A stretch of DNA of 64,000 nt from Octopus vulgaris (lineage: Eukaryota). Made by a program: the position numbers and the translations under genes. Numbering within the stretch: the first letter of the stretch is position 1; each line of letters begins with the position of its first letter. Under the pieces are notes generated by a model. That model saw nothing but the letters and a program-made list of their open reading frames with translations. It was not told where the DNA came from and did no database searches. The stretch covers positions 118,606,001 to 118,670,000 of the forward strand of contig OX597821.1 in the NCBI GenBank assembly GCA_951406725.2, written 5' to 3'. Positions 1 to 12,472 of this stretch are shown one piece after another.

Positions 1-533
1 GCAGTGCTGCAGCGTGGCCACAGTCTAACATTTGAAACAAGTAAAAGATAAAGAAAGCTATTATGCGTCTAGACGAGGCGTAGAACATGTGAGTAAAATG
101 GCTTGTATGAGACATAAACCATTCTGCTTGGTACTTATTGTGCTGAGTGGTTGTTTATGATAGGAACTCTTTGCAGTCAAGGAACATGTCTTCTTCCTCT
201 CTCTCTCTCTCTCAAATATACACACATACGCACACCAGCGTTACGTGACACAGATAATTAGAGATTGTTCATAATGAAGGAATTACTTGATATTACATAG
301 TGTTTGAAGCCTTCCAACGATTCCGAGAAATCCTCAAAAGCTTGAGGTTTTGTTTAAAGGAGAAAAGTGAGAGGTGGCGGGGTCAGATTGTAGATGGCAG
401 ACGAGTCAGAGGATGGTGCATTGTAGAGGCAACGATGTAGGGTAGTTGGTAAGAGGAGAGAACAGTATTCAACAGACAGTTCTAAACATCGTATCGTAAA
501 TACAATATCTTCGAGAACAGAAAAGAAAGGATA

Positions 534-577
534 AGCCGAACTAGTTTCATTTCTGTTTTAGAATGACTTCAGTGACT
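534..577 (-). ncRNA. Decayed hammerhead ribozyme candidate
   Basis: AGTCA-CTGAAGT-CATTCT-AAAAC-AGAAAT-GAAA-CTAG-TT-CGGCT. Confidence 0.4.
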
Positions 578-721
578 AAATACCCTCTTTAAATCGCCAC
601 AGACACACAATTTATATATCAAAGATTTAAGGAAATGTACAGGACTGATTTGCATAAAGCCCGTATTATTGGCAAATAGTTTGATTAAAGATTTTTGTGT
701 ATTAACGGTTTTAAGAACGTG

Positions 722-780
<59 letters not shown>

Positions 781-999
781 ATATGCATATAATGCATGCT
801 TGTTGGTATTTACCGAATATGAGGTAAAATATTTAATTTTTCAAGTCTATAAATTGTTTATGGCAATAGTCATAATTTTAAATTTCTAAAGATTCACCTG
901 AAATATTTTATTAAGCAATTTTAATATAAGTTGTTTTTCTTATCAAGGAATTAGCACTTTTTCTGTGACATACGGACATACACGCATACACACACACAA

Positions 1000-1064
<65 letters not shown>

Positions 1065-1273
1065 TATAACATTATTTAGAGGATTTGTTAACCTCAGAAA
1101 GGGGTGGTTACATCGAAAGAAATACCTTATATTTGAAATTCCCTTAAATCAATAGGTATATAACACGTATATAATTTATATCCAGTTAATTGAATATTAG
1201 TGTGATATTAATCAATACTTAGTAACCTGGCACGAACTGATAGGATGGCTTGTAATATCTTAAAGTCTATCTG

Positions 1274-1371
1274 TTTCTCTGATGAAATTATGTCCATAAC
1301 ATATAAATGCAAATTTAAGGCACAAATTTGTAATTTAACTATTGAGTACTAATGAAAACAGGTGTAAGAAG
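1274..1371 (+). ncRNA. Decayed hammerhead ribozyme candidate
   Basis: TTTCT-CTGATGA-AATTA..TAAT-GAAA-ACAGGTG-TA|AGAAG; stems II and III imperfect; followed by (TA)n. Confidence 0.45.
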
Positions 1372-1451
1372 TAAAAATTACCAATTTGCTAAAAACAAAA
1401 AAATATTAACATTCAACTCTCCATTTTCTTTCCTTCAATTAAATGGATATG

Positions 1452-1504
<53 letters not shown>

Positions 1505-1506
1505 CG

Positions 1507-1628
<122 letters not shown>

Positions 1629-1643
1629 CATATATATACATAC

Positions 1644-1688
<45 letters not shown>

Positions 1689-1789
1689 CAGGCAGACAGA
1701 TAGATAAATATGTATACATATATATGTATGTGTGTAAGTATATATGTGTATGTATAGTCCATTGATAACAGCGTGTCAGAAGACTTAGA

Positions 1790-3229
1790 TATTTCTGTTT
1801 AGGGGCAGGAAATATAGGACACGTTGTAGCAATTGCGGACATTCTAAAAATCTCAAGTCGCTTCCACAATGTAATAGTGCTCGTATCGTTGGGTGGGGGG
1901 TGCTGTTACACTTAGACACGCGTGCATACACATAAACACATACATACACACACTTACACTCATACACACATACATATAATACACTACAGATACGTACATT
2001 GCATACACACATATACACACCAGATACGCATATATTCTGAGACACACCCAAATGAAATTCCTCAAGCTGGATGACAAATATTCAATCACCTTCAAATTCT
2101 AACAACTTCGCCCCATTTTACTTCAAAAACTCAACTATAATAAGGAAAGCAGCTTATTCATTAGCTAAGATAATTGTTACAAAAGTAAGTAATTATTAAG
2201 CCCTTCATTGTCTATAAAACTCTTATAAACTCCAAATTTAACATATTTTTATCAAAATGTCGTTCTTAAATATCTTTTATTACAATTCAACTTGAAGATT
2301 TAATCGCAGAACTAATTTTCATTCACTGTGACATCTTACATTGCGCGATAGAGTTTTTTAACATCGCTGTTTTTATTTCTGGATATATGAAAGTTGCGCA
2401 AATATTTGCAGCTACACTTTCTACAGAAAGTTTAATCAGGCATCAACCAAACCATATCGATTCCAGTATCCTTCCATATTTGTTGAGTTCTATTGAAGAA
2501 AACCAAAGCTGATTAGAATTTGTGATAATAATCAGCTTTTGATTTCAAAAGCGATTGCAATTCCTTACACCATTTCTACCAAATATACACAACTATTATC
2601 TTCTTTCCATTCAAGTATTTCCTCCGAATTTCCTACTTCATAACTTTCAGAAAAGTAGGTATTTTTTAGTAAATTTCTCTTCAGATAACTTTCAGATGAT
2701 GTAAACTATATTGGAATTTGGTTTTCATCCTAAATTCACGTTTTGATGATGTAGAATACAATTAAGTTAGACAAATTACTTCTGAGGCCTATTCCACTTT
2801 TTTCTTCTGGGATTTGTTAAATGTATATTTTTCATAGATGTTGGCAGTTTTTGAAATAAAACAAATAATCAGATTTGAATTTGTTGACATGGCTATATGG
2901 AATCACTGGATTCCTGCTATTTCTAGTATGCTAAATTACCATATAGAGGATGGGCTCCCTTTGTGTTTGTTTTAAAAGGGAATCATAAATTTAAGACAAC
3001 ATAACAGCCGATTCCTTCAAGAAATCTAACACTGTCTTTGAATGTTTTGTATTATTCCGAATTTGTTTACCGAGCGGGTAAATACGATGAAACGAATAAA
3101 AGGTCGAAAGGAAAATTAGTCGTAACATACCAGAAAGTTTACACAAATAGGGAATCAAATGTGTGAACATAATTCAGCAACTGCAATTAGTAGTATTAAT
3201 AGCAGAGACTGAGTCACTAGTTTCAGCAT
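1790..3229 (-). pseudogene. Possible decayed secreted C-type-lectin-like gene
   Basis: Signal-peptide-like MLKLVTQSLLLILLIAVAELCS from ATG 3229 with a GTATGT donor at about 3130; fragments YTFNKSQKKKWN, NGAKLLEF and YLSSSLRNFIWV; many stops. Confidence 0.3.
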
Positions 3230-3499
3230 TATATTGTTCTATGCTTTTCCTGAATTATCAAACTATAAACTAATTCTGCTTAAATACACAAAGTAGATTA
3301 TCCTCCCTCCTTTTCATTTTTCGTGTCATTATAGCAGTGGTCACTTACAAATCCTACACTAAAGTATCTGTCCAGTTTATATTCTGGAATTCTTTCCTAA
3401 CTCATGTGTTTCCTGCAAACATCAACCACATCGAACTTACCAGCCTCTCTATTTGTATTTATACAGTTTATAAAAGAAAATAGAAATTGAAATGCTTAC

Positions 3500-3621
3500 T
3501 TGAAACAAACGTGAATTATTACTGTAAGAACAAGACAGACAAATGATAATCCACAGCCAATATTGGATATAACAGATAAGGATTTAACATTTTCCATATC
3601 GTCTTCATTCCTGTAGACATC
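3500..3621 (-). CDS. Adhesion GPCR exon: TM1 of the 7TM domain
   Basis: 122-nt phase 0-2 exon, TTGTAG/GTAAGC; DVYRNED...LSVISNIGCGLSFVCLVLTVIIHVCF. Confidence 0.93.
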
Positions 3622-4397
3622 CTACAATAGAAACAAACAACAATAGTTTAGCTCCTCTTCGTCCTCTTTTCTCATATGTTAGTTAACACTTATATAAACG
3701 AATGTGTACAATGTTGGTGTAGGAGATGAGGACGACTGCATGCTGTATTATTAATGTTCCTTACAACGCTGACAATAATAGAGACAATATCAGTGACCTG
3801 ACTGTTTAATCTCCGTCCTTGGAATATCAGTAGAAGTCGTATGGACTTAACTAACATGTTTGGTAGTTCAGCTTTTCCTTCAGGCTGGAATATTTACCAT
3901 AGACAGGGGAATGGTTTACTGTTGTAGGTAGCAGAGGTATTAACAGGCAGATATTGGATAGATGTATATTCTATGTATATTGCTGACATGAAAGTCTGGG
4001 GTGAAGAAATCCCATGAACGAGAGGAAAGATCTTGTAACAGAATTATGAAGGGACCAAAGTTTAATGTCTGAGCAACAAACACACCTCAACATAAATGAA
4101 GAGATTTAAATTAAGAAAGATGACCCTGACCATGCTGGAGGAATCGCCATGCATTGCATTAAGAATGGTGTCTTCGTACATCTAAAAGCCATCATCCTGA
4201 GTATAAACTCTAAACAACAGCAATGGCAACAAAAACAACAGCGACGTTTTACAATATATCAACCTTATATATTTACCAAGATAGCCCCCAACACAAAGTC
4301 TTGTGGATATGTTATTATAAAACACTTTAAAATTATTGATGCATTGACATAACTGTCAGATTACAAGTAATTAACAACTGGTCATAATGTTACCAAC

Positions 4398-4547
4398 CAT
4401 TAATAAGGCAAAACTTGTAAGATGGTCGCAGGAACAAACTACTTTCTTTCCAGGTACATAATCGGATTTTTTACAGCCTTTTGTTGCCCAATGAGGATCC
4501 TCTCCTGAAGTTTCCTCCCAGTAAACACATTCTGGGTTGGCGGCATT
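4398..4547 (-). CDS. Adhesion GPCR exon: GPS autoproteolysis motif and Stachel
   Basis: 150-nt phase 0-0 exon, TTTCAG/GTTGGT; CVYW...WATKGC...CSCDHL|TSFALLM is the canonical GPS. Confidence 0.95.
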
Positions 4548-4917
4548 CTGAAACAAATTCAATTCTAATAATTTAATCAAATCACTTTCTAATTAGAGTA
4601 CATGTAATTATGATATGTCTCTTTTGACTTAGAAAGAAGATACCAAGGTCATTAATGTTTGGTTGGTATTAACATTGTGAACTCCACATCGGATGCTGTG
4701 ACATAGTTTAACTGACCATTCCATCTTGTTTATAAATCTTTGTTTTTTCTCATAATTTACACTGCATCGTCATAACAACGGAAGAAAACGATATTGGATG
4801 CAGTAGTTCGGGAAATATTTAATGAAATATAAAATGATGTGATGGTCACGGCTGGGATGTGTTTCATCATATGTCTACTGGGTTAGTGATGGCATGAACA
4901 TAAACAGCAACAATTAC

Positions 4918-5046
4918 CTGGTTTATTAAATTGAATGATATATTAATTGGTTCATCAAGGTTGCTTATTGAAATATTGGGGACACTGGCACCAAGAATAT
5001 AGCTGTTAATTTTAGTATTTCCTTTGGCACTGGAGTTTTGTGTTAC
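4918..5046 (-). CDS. Adhesion GPCR exon: GAIN subdomain B
   Basis: 129-nt phase 0-0 exon, TTCACAG/GTAATT; KINSYILGASVPNISISNLDEPINISF. Confidence 0.92.
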
Positions 5047-5248
5047 CTGTGAAGAGATGTTATTAAGTAAATTCATCTATTCAATGGAAAACATTATTAA
5101 AGCATGAAACGATCAGATGTTAGTATTGTTTTGTTAAGGTTATTTCTACAGATATAAAATAGAAATTTTAGCCAACACTGATTTTTGTTACAACGATTCG
5201 TATCGGGACGTCAGATGTAAACTATAAAATCGAAAACAGGAATGTGTA

Positions 5249-5297
5249 ATGAGTATATATGCCATATTGTGGAGGGTTTTTCCTCTTCATCAGCACC
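5249..5297 (-). ncRNA. Decayed hammerhead ribozyme (paralog of 5606-5659)
   Basis: GGTG-CTGATGA-AGAGG..CCCTCC-ACAA-TATGGCATA-TA|TACT; GAAA is mutated. Confidence 0.55.
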
Positions 5298-5605
5298 TGT
5301 CTAACCCATTCTCGCCTCCGAACATATTGCTTATATAGCCATCGCTTTCAGTCATTGGATATACCAATTAACATACTAAACGCATTCCTGAAGCTGGTAT
5401 GTAAATATTAATGAGTTGTAGGTAGGTGGTATTTCGTTATGCAACCATGCTATACTAGAAAGTATATTAAATGTCTTTTTTAAGTCAACACTATGTACTA
5501 CTGTGTTAGCAGTGCTTTTTACATTACTTTGGTAAGGTTATTTCTACAACATTTCTTACCAAGACGTCAGATGAAAATCAATGAGATCGAAGATGAAAAT
5601 TGGTA

Positions 5606-5659
5606 ATGAGTGTATTTGTCATATTTCGGGGGCATGCTCCCCCTTTCATCAGCACTCAT
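5606..5659 (-). ncRNA. Type I hammerhead ribozyme (near-intact)
   Basis: ATGAGTG-CTGATGA-AAGGGGG-AGCATG-CCCCC-GAAA-TATGACAAA-TA|CACTCAT; 7-bp stem I, imperfect base of stem II. Confidence 0.72.
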
Positions 5660-5719
5660 CTAACCCATTACACAATCGTTACTTTAGTCAGCAACACAAC
5701 TTAATGCAATATATATTAG

Positions 5720-6300
5720 TTTCAAATTTTGGTCTGAGGCCAGCAATTTCTGGAGGAGGGGTAAATCGATTACATCAACCCCGCTGCTCTTATTTCATCG
5801 ATCTCGAAATGATGGAAGGAAGCGTCAACCTCGGCCGTAACTTGAACCCACAACATAAAAAGGAACGAAATGCCGCAAAACATTTTACCCGGCGTGCTAA
5901 CGACTCTGCCAACTCAACAATCTATAATAATCGTTTCTGCTGGAAGCACAAAGCTACAAATCTAAAGGAAGGGATTAAGTCGATTACATTGACCCCAGTG
6001 CCTAACTGGTACTAACTCTATCGACATCGTCGGAATTTGAACTCAGAACGTAGCGGCAGACGAAATGCCTATTTCTTTACTGCCCACAAGGGGCTAAACA
6101 CAGAGAGGACAATCAAGCACAGACAAACGGATTAAGTCGATTATATCGACCCCAGTGCGTAACTGGTACTTTTTTAATCGACCCCGAAAGAGTGAAAGGC
6201 AAAGTCGACCTCGGCGGAATTTGAACTCAGAACGTAACCGCAGACGAAATACCTCTAAGCATTTCGTCCAGAGTGCTAACGATTCTGCCAGCTTAACACC
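5720..6300 (-). mobile_element. Cluster of tRNA-derived SINE family B copies
   Basis: Repeated GTTCTGAGTTCAAATTCCGCCGAGGTCGACTTTGCCTTTCA core; other copies at about 25945-26140, 27075-27290, 40760-40970 (-) and 55470-55920 (+, two copies). Confidence 0.8.
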
Positions 6301-7353
6301 TTACAATCTATAATAATTAGTACCTAAACGAATTTCTGCATGTCAGTGTGTCACACTTTCACCTCTTCACTTACTATTCAAAGACACGTCTACTATTCCT
6401 CATGTTGGAGTGAGAGTAATAGTTATCATAGAGACGGTGAGGGCAATAATGGATTGGTGGTTGTGGTGATAATGGGATTATAGTAATAGTATGAGCTGTA
6501 GTTGTGATATAGGCGGAGGTGAAGGTGGTGGTGGTGGTGATAGCCAAGGCGGTCAGACATGACGGTGAAAGTAAAGGATGTGAAAGACAGTGATGGTGGT
6601 GGAGGGAAAGGCGGCAAAATCAAAGGAATTAATGGTAGTGGCGTCAGAAATCTGAATAATGTATGTATGGCAGTTGTAGTGGCGATGGTGGTGGTACTGG
6701 TGATGGTGATGGTTGAAAACAATCAACAGAAAGAGAGAGATAAAGGAAGAGGCGAGAAAAATAAAATTGTACTGACCCTCGAATGGGACGACAAATTATG
6801 TTGTTTATCATGCAGTTTTGCAATAAATTCAAAGTCGACAAATTGTATCATTGTTTTAATGAAAATTGTTCATTGCTTGAAAAATATTCGTCACGTTTAA
6901 TAATATTTAATATGTACTTAATGCATGAAGTGTCATTGTTGTGACCAAGGCCCTATGAAGAGCCCTCCACAGGAGTAAACTTAAAAGCTGCTCGACAGAG
7001 CGGCTTTTAAGCTTGTAATACAATATATATTACAATCAAATGTTCCATAAGTGTCCACATATGACGGTTGTACTCCTTCTAAGGAATGGACTGTTCGTTT
7101 TACATCGAAATTGTTTAGATAAACGCTGCTGGTACTTAACAAGTTCATTTGGTAAGCAACGAGTCCGGCGTTCAAACTCACTCCTTAGCACCTTGTGTAA
7201 ATAAATATATAACACAGACTCTGGTTGATAAAAAAGAGGTCGAGGGGAATTTAGCGGTTGAAGTCGTTCTCTAATCCCAATTGTGAGTATAGATGTGTAT
7301 ATGAGTCTGTGCGTGTGTATAGTGTGTATCTGTATGCATGTATGCATGTATGC

Positions 7354-7386
<33 letters not shown>

Positions 7387-7523
7387 TGTATGTATGTATG
7401 TATGTATGTATGTATGTATGTATGCATGCATGTATGCATGTATGTAGTGAGTGCACATAGCCTAATGGTTAGGGTGTTGTAACATAGAATTAAAAATATA
7501 TCAAATTTTTCAGTCTTTATTTT

Positions 7524-7711
7524 TATTCTTTTATTTGTTTCAGTCATTTTTACGGAGCCATGCTGGAGCACCGCCTTTGTCGACAAACCAACTCAGGACT
7601 TATTATTTGTAAGCCTAGTACTTATTCTCTTTTGCCGAAGCGCTAAGTTACGGGGACGTAAACACACCAACATCGGTTGTCAAGCGATGGTGGGGGACAA
7701 ACATAGGCACA

Positions 7712-7770
<59 letters not shown>

Positions 7771-7930
7771 TTACGACGGACTTCTTACAGTTTCTGTCTA
7801 CCAAATCCACTCACAAGGCTTTGGTCGGCCCGAGGCTATAGCAGAAGACACTTGCCCAAGGTGCCACGTAATGAGATTGAATCTGGAACTATGTGGTTGG
7901 TAAGCAAGCTACTTACCACACAGTCACTCC
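7524..7930 (-). mobile_element. tRNA-derived SINE family A
   Basis: Reverse-complement homolog of 13558-13963. Confidence 0.85.
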
Positions 7931-8270
7931 TTTATAAGTTGTGAGTTTCCCTGCCTAGGACTTTCATACATACTCACCTTGTCTCCGATGAAGGAATACA
8001 CAGTGTACGGATATGCTAGCTTATCAGTGGGGACATCCCAGAAAAAGCTGGGATACCACAAACGATATCCAATTTCAATTACTATAAATGACTCCTACCT
8101 TGATTTTTGTTGTCCTTTCTCCCTAATATATACTTGTTAACACGGCATCCTAATACGTATCCCAAGCTCCACCCTCAGCCGTGAACTTGGAAACTAACTG
8201 ATGACGAATTATAGCACTTACTCTGCATAACTATTCTTTTGATCACCAGTGAACTAAACCTCCTACATCC

Positions 8271-8315
<45 letters not shown>

Positions 8316-9623
8316 CTATCCCTAGTCAGAACAAAAATTGTTTCAACACGCAAATTCACATAAAGAATCTTGCAAGCCAAATACAAAACGAAATATATGT
8401 ATGACGTCCGAGCTAAATCTGCCAATTTTCATAAAATGGAAAGGAAAGTACAATATCCCTTTCAAATATTAAAGTATTTTCAAAACTCAAAACAAAATCC
8501 ACAACGTTATGGCTAAAAAGTCATAGTTTACTCCAAGTACCCATACTCAGTTTCCACCACGGTCGTGAGAAACCTCCGGAACCTGACAAATGCGTTTCTT
8601 ACCGGGTTCCTGGTTTTTGAACACCTCTCTAATCAAAGCAACCAGCTCAGCCTTGCAGGCAGGTAGGCAGGCTGATGTCTTTCTCAACCTGACCCACACA
8701 TGGTAGGAATTAGGAGGTCAGAAATTGGGGTTAATGAAATTAAATTCTCTAACAATATCTTCTGACTGTTTTCCAGGGATTTTGCAAGGGGCCGCATCCT
8801 GCTGCCACACTTATGGCCTTACAGCAGCTACCCTTCCCGGTAAGTAGCCTTTTTTTAATTCAGCTTAAGACTCTGTTCATAGGTTAAACTATGACACAGG
8901 ATCAAGAACAAGTGCCTGACAACAGGGGAGGATGCAGGGCTACACCGCTTTAAATGTGTTTGGGTGACAGTACAATATAGACAATGGTAACGAGGTGACA
9001 GTGTGTGCCATCAAGGTAGAGGAAGGTAAGTATAAAATGGAACAGGGGAAAAGAATGCGTAGCAAAGAGAATGACAGAGGGTAAAGATGGGGCAGGAGGT
9101 GAATTGTAGGAGTGATGAAAAGAGACAGAGGTGTGGTTCACAGTAAACATCATTATGGAGCAGAGGGGGTTGCTGAGAGACAGAAAGAGAGAGAGAGAAA
9201 GAGAGGAGTGGTTCAAGAAGGAGGAAGTGATAGTGGTGGCACAAGAGTCATGGTGAGTGGATTAGGTGGAGGACGGAAACTGGACAACAAATGTCTTGAA
9301 ACCACAATATCCACAGTTTATATAAACACAGGTAGACTTGTTAGTAGGCTGTTATGTAGACGTTTATATGTGTGTGTGTGTGTGTGTAGATAAATGGATA
9401 TGTAAGTAAAATGATAGATAAATAGATAGATAGGTAGATAAGTATTACGGACGAACAAGCACACACATACACAAATGAATACTGAAACACATGCCCATAT
9501 ACACACATGCGCACTTCACACACACACACAGAAGGAGACAGAGGTACACATACAAACGCGCAAACATGAACACACAAACAGATGAAAATGCAGAATACAT
9601 ACGTAGAAACGTATACACATGCT

Positions 9624-9675
<52 letters not shown>

Positions 9676-10592
9676 TATACATATATTCATACATACATAT
9701 ATGTGTATGTACATGCGCAGTGACGCACACACATGCGCACAAACAAACAAAACGGGCGCAATTCCCATAGGGGGCAAAGTGAACGACTATTGAAAAAGTT
9801 GCAAGACACAACGAAAATTTTAGAAAATTAAATAAGTAAATGAGTGGAAATCGAACCGGTGAGTGTGTTAAGCAATAAGGCACTAAAAAAGAATGGCTTT
9901 CAAAAAATATGCTTCACATAAAAAATCTTCTAAACCAAATACAAAAACGAAATGTATATATATGTGTGTATGTGAGAGAGAAAGTGGGGGTTCGTTTTGA
10001 CTCATCTAGGCTTAGGTACCCAGATATTGGGTCTACAAGCCCTTTTCGTTCCAGCAGGTCAAATGACCTTGTGATTAGCCGAATTCGTTGTTGTATTGTC
10101 CGGTTTTCAACCATCCAATTGCGTGTTAGGAACTCTTTGTTTTTCCTTACGCTGGAAATTAATCACCAACTCTGTGAGCCTAGTATTCTCTAAGAACGGC
10201 AGTTTTCGACTGCTCTAGGTCCTTCGCACTCACCACTGATCACATGCAACTCGTCTCCGGCAGCGATGTATCTCACACCAGACAGTCTTCACTTTCAGCA
10301 ACACCAGACGTCTGCCTACATTGCTGTTGTATGAACATCACACAGTCAACCGACCAACAGCCGCCTCTACACACCACCAAACATTACGTCAACCCTGTCT
10401 ACGAGATCAACAGTCCATCCTAACCACGAAGTCTCTCACACGTCTTTGTTGTAACCTGTTAAGTTATTTCATGTATGGCAATCATTGCATCTTATAATTT
10501 TATAACGGAGAGTAAATTGTCATGGTATATATCCATTCATATTTTCCTGGTCACCACATCAATATATTATCTGTATTTATCCTCTTCGTTAT

Positions 10593-10663
<71 letters not shown>

Positions 10664-10810
10664 GTTAAGTAATTGAGATTCTAGTGAATTCTAAAGAATT
10701 CACATGAATATGGTCCTTAACTAGGATGCACCGGATATCTATATGGTGTTAGCCATACGACAAGTGGGGTGATTATAAATAGGAAAAAAGCAACAAGAAT
10801 GGATTAAAAT

Positions 10811-10896
10811 CTCGGTACGATCGTTTCGTACGAGGACATCTTTAATAAGCTACAAAAAATGCAGTGAATACAGATGGCTCGTACTCGTCAGCCGAA
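10811..10896 (-). ncRNA. Type I hammerhead ribozyme (intact, mirror copy)
   Basis: Exact reverse complement of 11067-11152 in the left arm of the palindrome. Confidence 0.9.
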
Positions 10897-11066
10897 AAAA
10901 TATCAGAGAATTCCCAAACATCAAAAGGGGTAGATATAAAAGAGGTTGTAGGATTAACTGCATTGAAGAAAGTTCGATTCATGAATCGAACTTTCTTCAA
11001 TGCAGTTAATCCTACAACCTCTTTTATATCTACCCCTTTTGATGTTTGGGAATTCTCTGATATTTT

Positions 11067-11152
11067 TTCGGCTGACGAGTACGAGCCATCTGTATTCACT
11101 GCATTTTTTGTAGCTTATTAAAGATGTCCTCGTACGAAACGATCGTACCGAG
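11067..11152 (+). ncRNA. Type I hammerhead ribozyme (intact)
   Basis: TTCGG-CTGACGA-GTACGAG..(43 nt)..CTCGTAC-GAAA-CGATCG-TA|CCGAG; stems I-III pair; GUA cleavage predicted after 11147. Confidence 0.9.
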
Positions 11153-11180
11153 ATTTTAATCCATTCTTGTTGCTTTTTTC

Positions 11181-11215
<35 letters not shown>

Positions 11216-11382
11216 TAAAAAAATATTCAACGTAAACACGAAGTTTCTACCATTATAAACAAGGAGTTACAACACCTTTACTTGTGAGATTTTGCTGCAC
11301 TGGTAACTATTTATTTATTTTTCCGTGTTAATTGTTAACAAGGTAAAAATACATTTATCTATTTATATATATATATATATAT

Positions 11383-11992
11383 ATCACAATCAAGGAACGG
11401 CCATAATAGGCCATTCACCCACTAGAAATAACAGCCAAAAGCTTTAACCGCAAAATAACATTAATACCGTAAACCAGGAGAAAATTGAAAAACTTTTACC
11501 CTGTAATTTCTTAGACGATGCACCGTTTCATCTACCGTTTAATGGTAAACTAACCTGATTAAATTAAATCAAGCCAATCCACCATAGGCCCTTAGACTCA
11601 TCAGTAAGAAATAGCCAAATCGGAACAGATATTTTTCACGAGGCATTCCTCTTGCTACCTCGGCAATATCTGACCTAAAATTTTCAAATCGTCGCACTCG
11701 CGCCAAATTTATCGGCAGCAAATAAATATAAGCCACCGATTCCTTTACGGAACTAACCAGAAAATTCATAATTAATCAATATAGGGTGGCAAAAAAATTT
11801 TGTAGAATTCTTTTGCCACCAGCGGCCTAGTAAGAAAAAATTAAATAGTCATAAACCATTTTTACGTTCAACATCAAAATCAAGGAACGGCCATAATAGG
11901 CCATTCACCCACTAGAAATAACAGCCAAAAGCTTTAACCGCAAAATAACATTAATACCGTAAACCAGGAGAAAATTGAAAAACTTTTACCCT
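11383..11992 (-). mobile_element. (TA)n-flanked direct-repeat HHR element (490-nt period)
   Basis: 11388-11502 is identical to 11878-11992; one HHR lies between them; (TA)n on both sides. Confidence 0.78.
11506..11612 (-). ncRNA. Type I hammerhead ribozyme (intact)
   Basis: ATTTCTTA-CTGATGA-GTCTA..TAGAT-GAAA-CGGTGCATCG-TC|TAAGAAAT; 8-bp stem I; GUC cleavage triplet. Confidence 0.88.
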
Positions 11993-12008
11993 ATATATAT
12001 ATATATAT

Positions 12009-12472
12009 GACTAATGTACGATAAAATTTTTTTCCCGAAAAAAATTTTATCAATGGCCAGCATATCAAAAAATACCTTTAAGGGTCAAATTTATAAATAA
12101 TTTACAAAATAAGGGCAAAAGAAAAATTCTATTGCCAAATATGCCGAAAAAAGACCAAATTGTCAATAACCATTATAATTTATGCGTCTCGAAACAAACC
12201 GATAGAAATTTCTAAAAAATTTCTAAAAAATCCGTTATTACCGTATTGGTCCCAATTTCGGGGTTAATTCATAAGAATTTTATCGCTGAAGAGGGGAAAA
12301 TTCTTATGAATTAACCCCGGAATTGGGACCAATACGGTAATAACGGATTATTTTAGAAATTTCTATCGGTTTGTTTCGAGACGCATAAATTATAATGGTT
12401 ATTGACAATTTTGTCTTTTTTTCGGCATATTTGGCAATAGAATTTTTCTTTTGTCCTTATTTTGTAAATTAT
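12009..12472. mobile_element. (TA)n-flanked palindromic HHR element
   Basis: Arms 12097-12281 and 12297-12472 with few differences; 15-nt spacer contains CTGAAGA. Confidence 0.78.
12280..12340 (+). ncRNA. Type I hammerhead ribozyme with GAAA>GGAA core substitution
   Basis: TTATCG-CTGAAGA-GGGG..CCCC-GGAA-TTGGGACCAA-TA|CGGTAA; the inverted left arm retains GAAA at the equivalent position. Confidence 0.75.

Larger units (their letters stand above)
10661..11183. mobile_element. (TA)n-flanked palindromic HHR element (non-autonomous, PLE/retrozyme-like)
   Basis: 120-nt unique leader plus a perfect 402-bp palindrome at 10781-11182 centred on TCATGA (10981/10982); (TA)n on both sides. Confidence 0.8.

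Noticed and set aside
7980-8060. CCGATGA...GAAAAAGCTG hammerhead-like remnant
   Set aside because: Stem I and the cleavage triplet are not recoverable; too decayed to call.
10842-11121. Identical 85-aa ORF on both strands
   Set aside because: A by-product of the perfect DNA palindrome; no protein motif.
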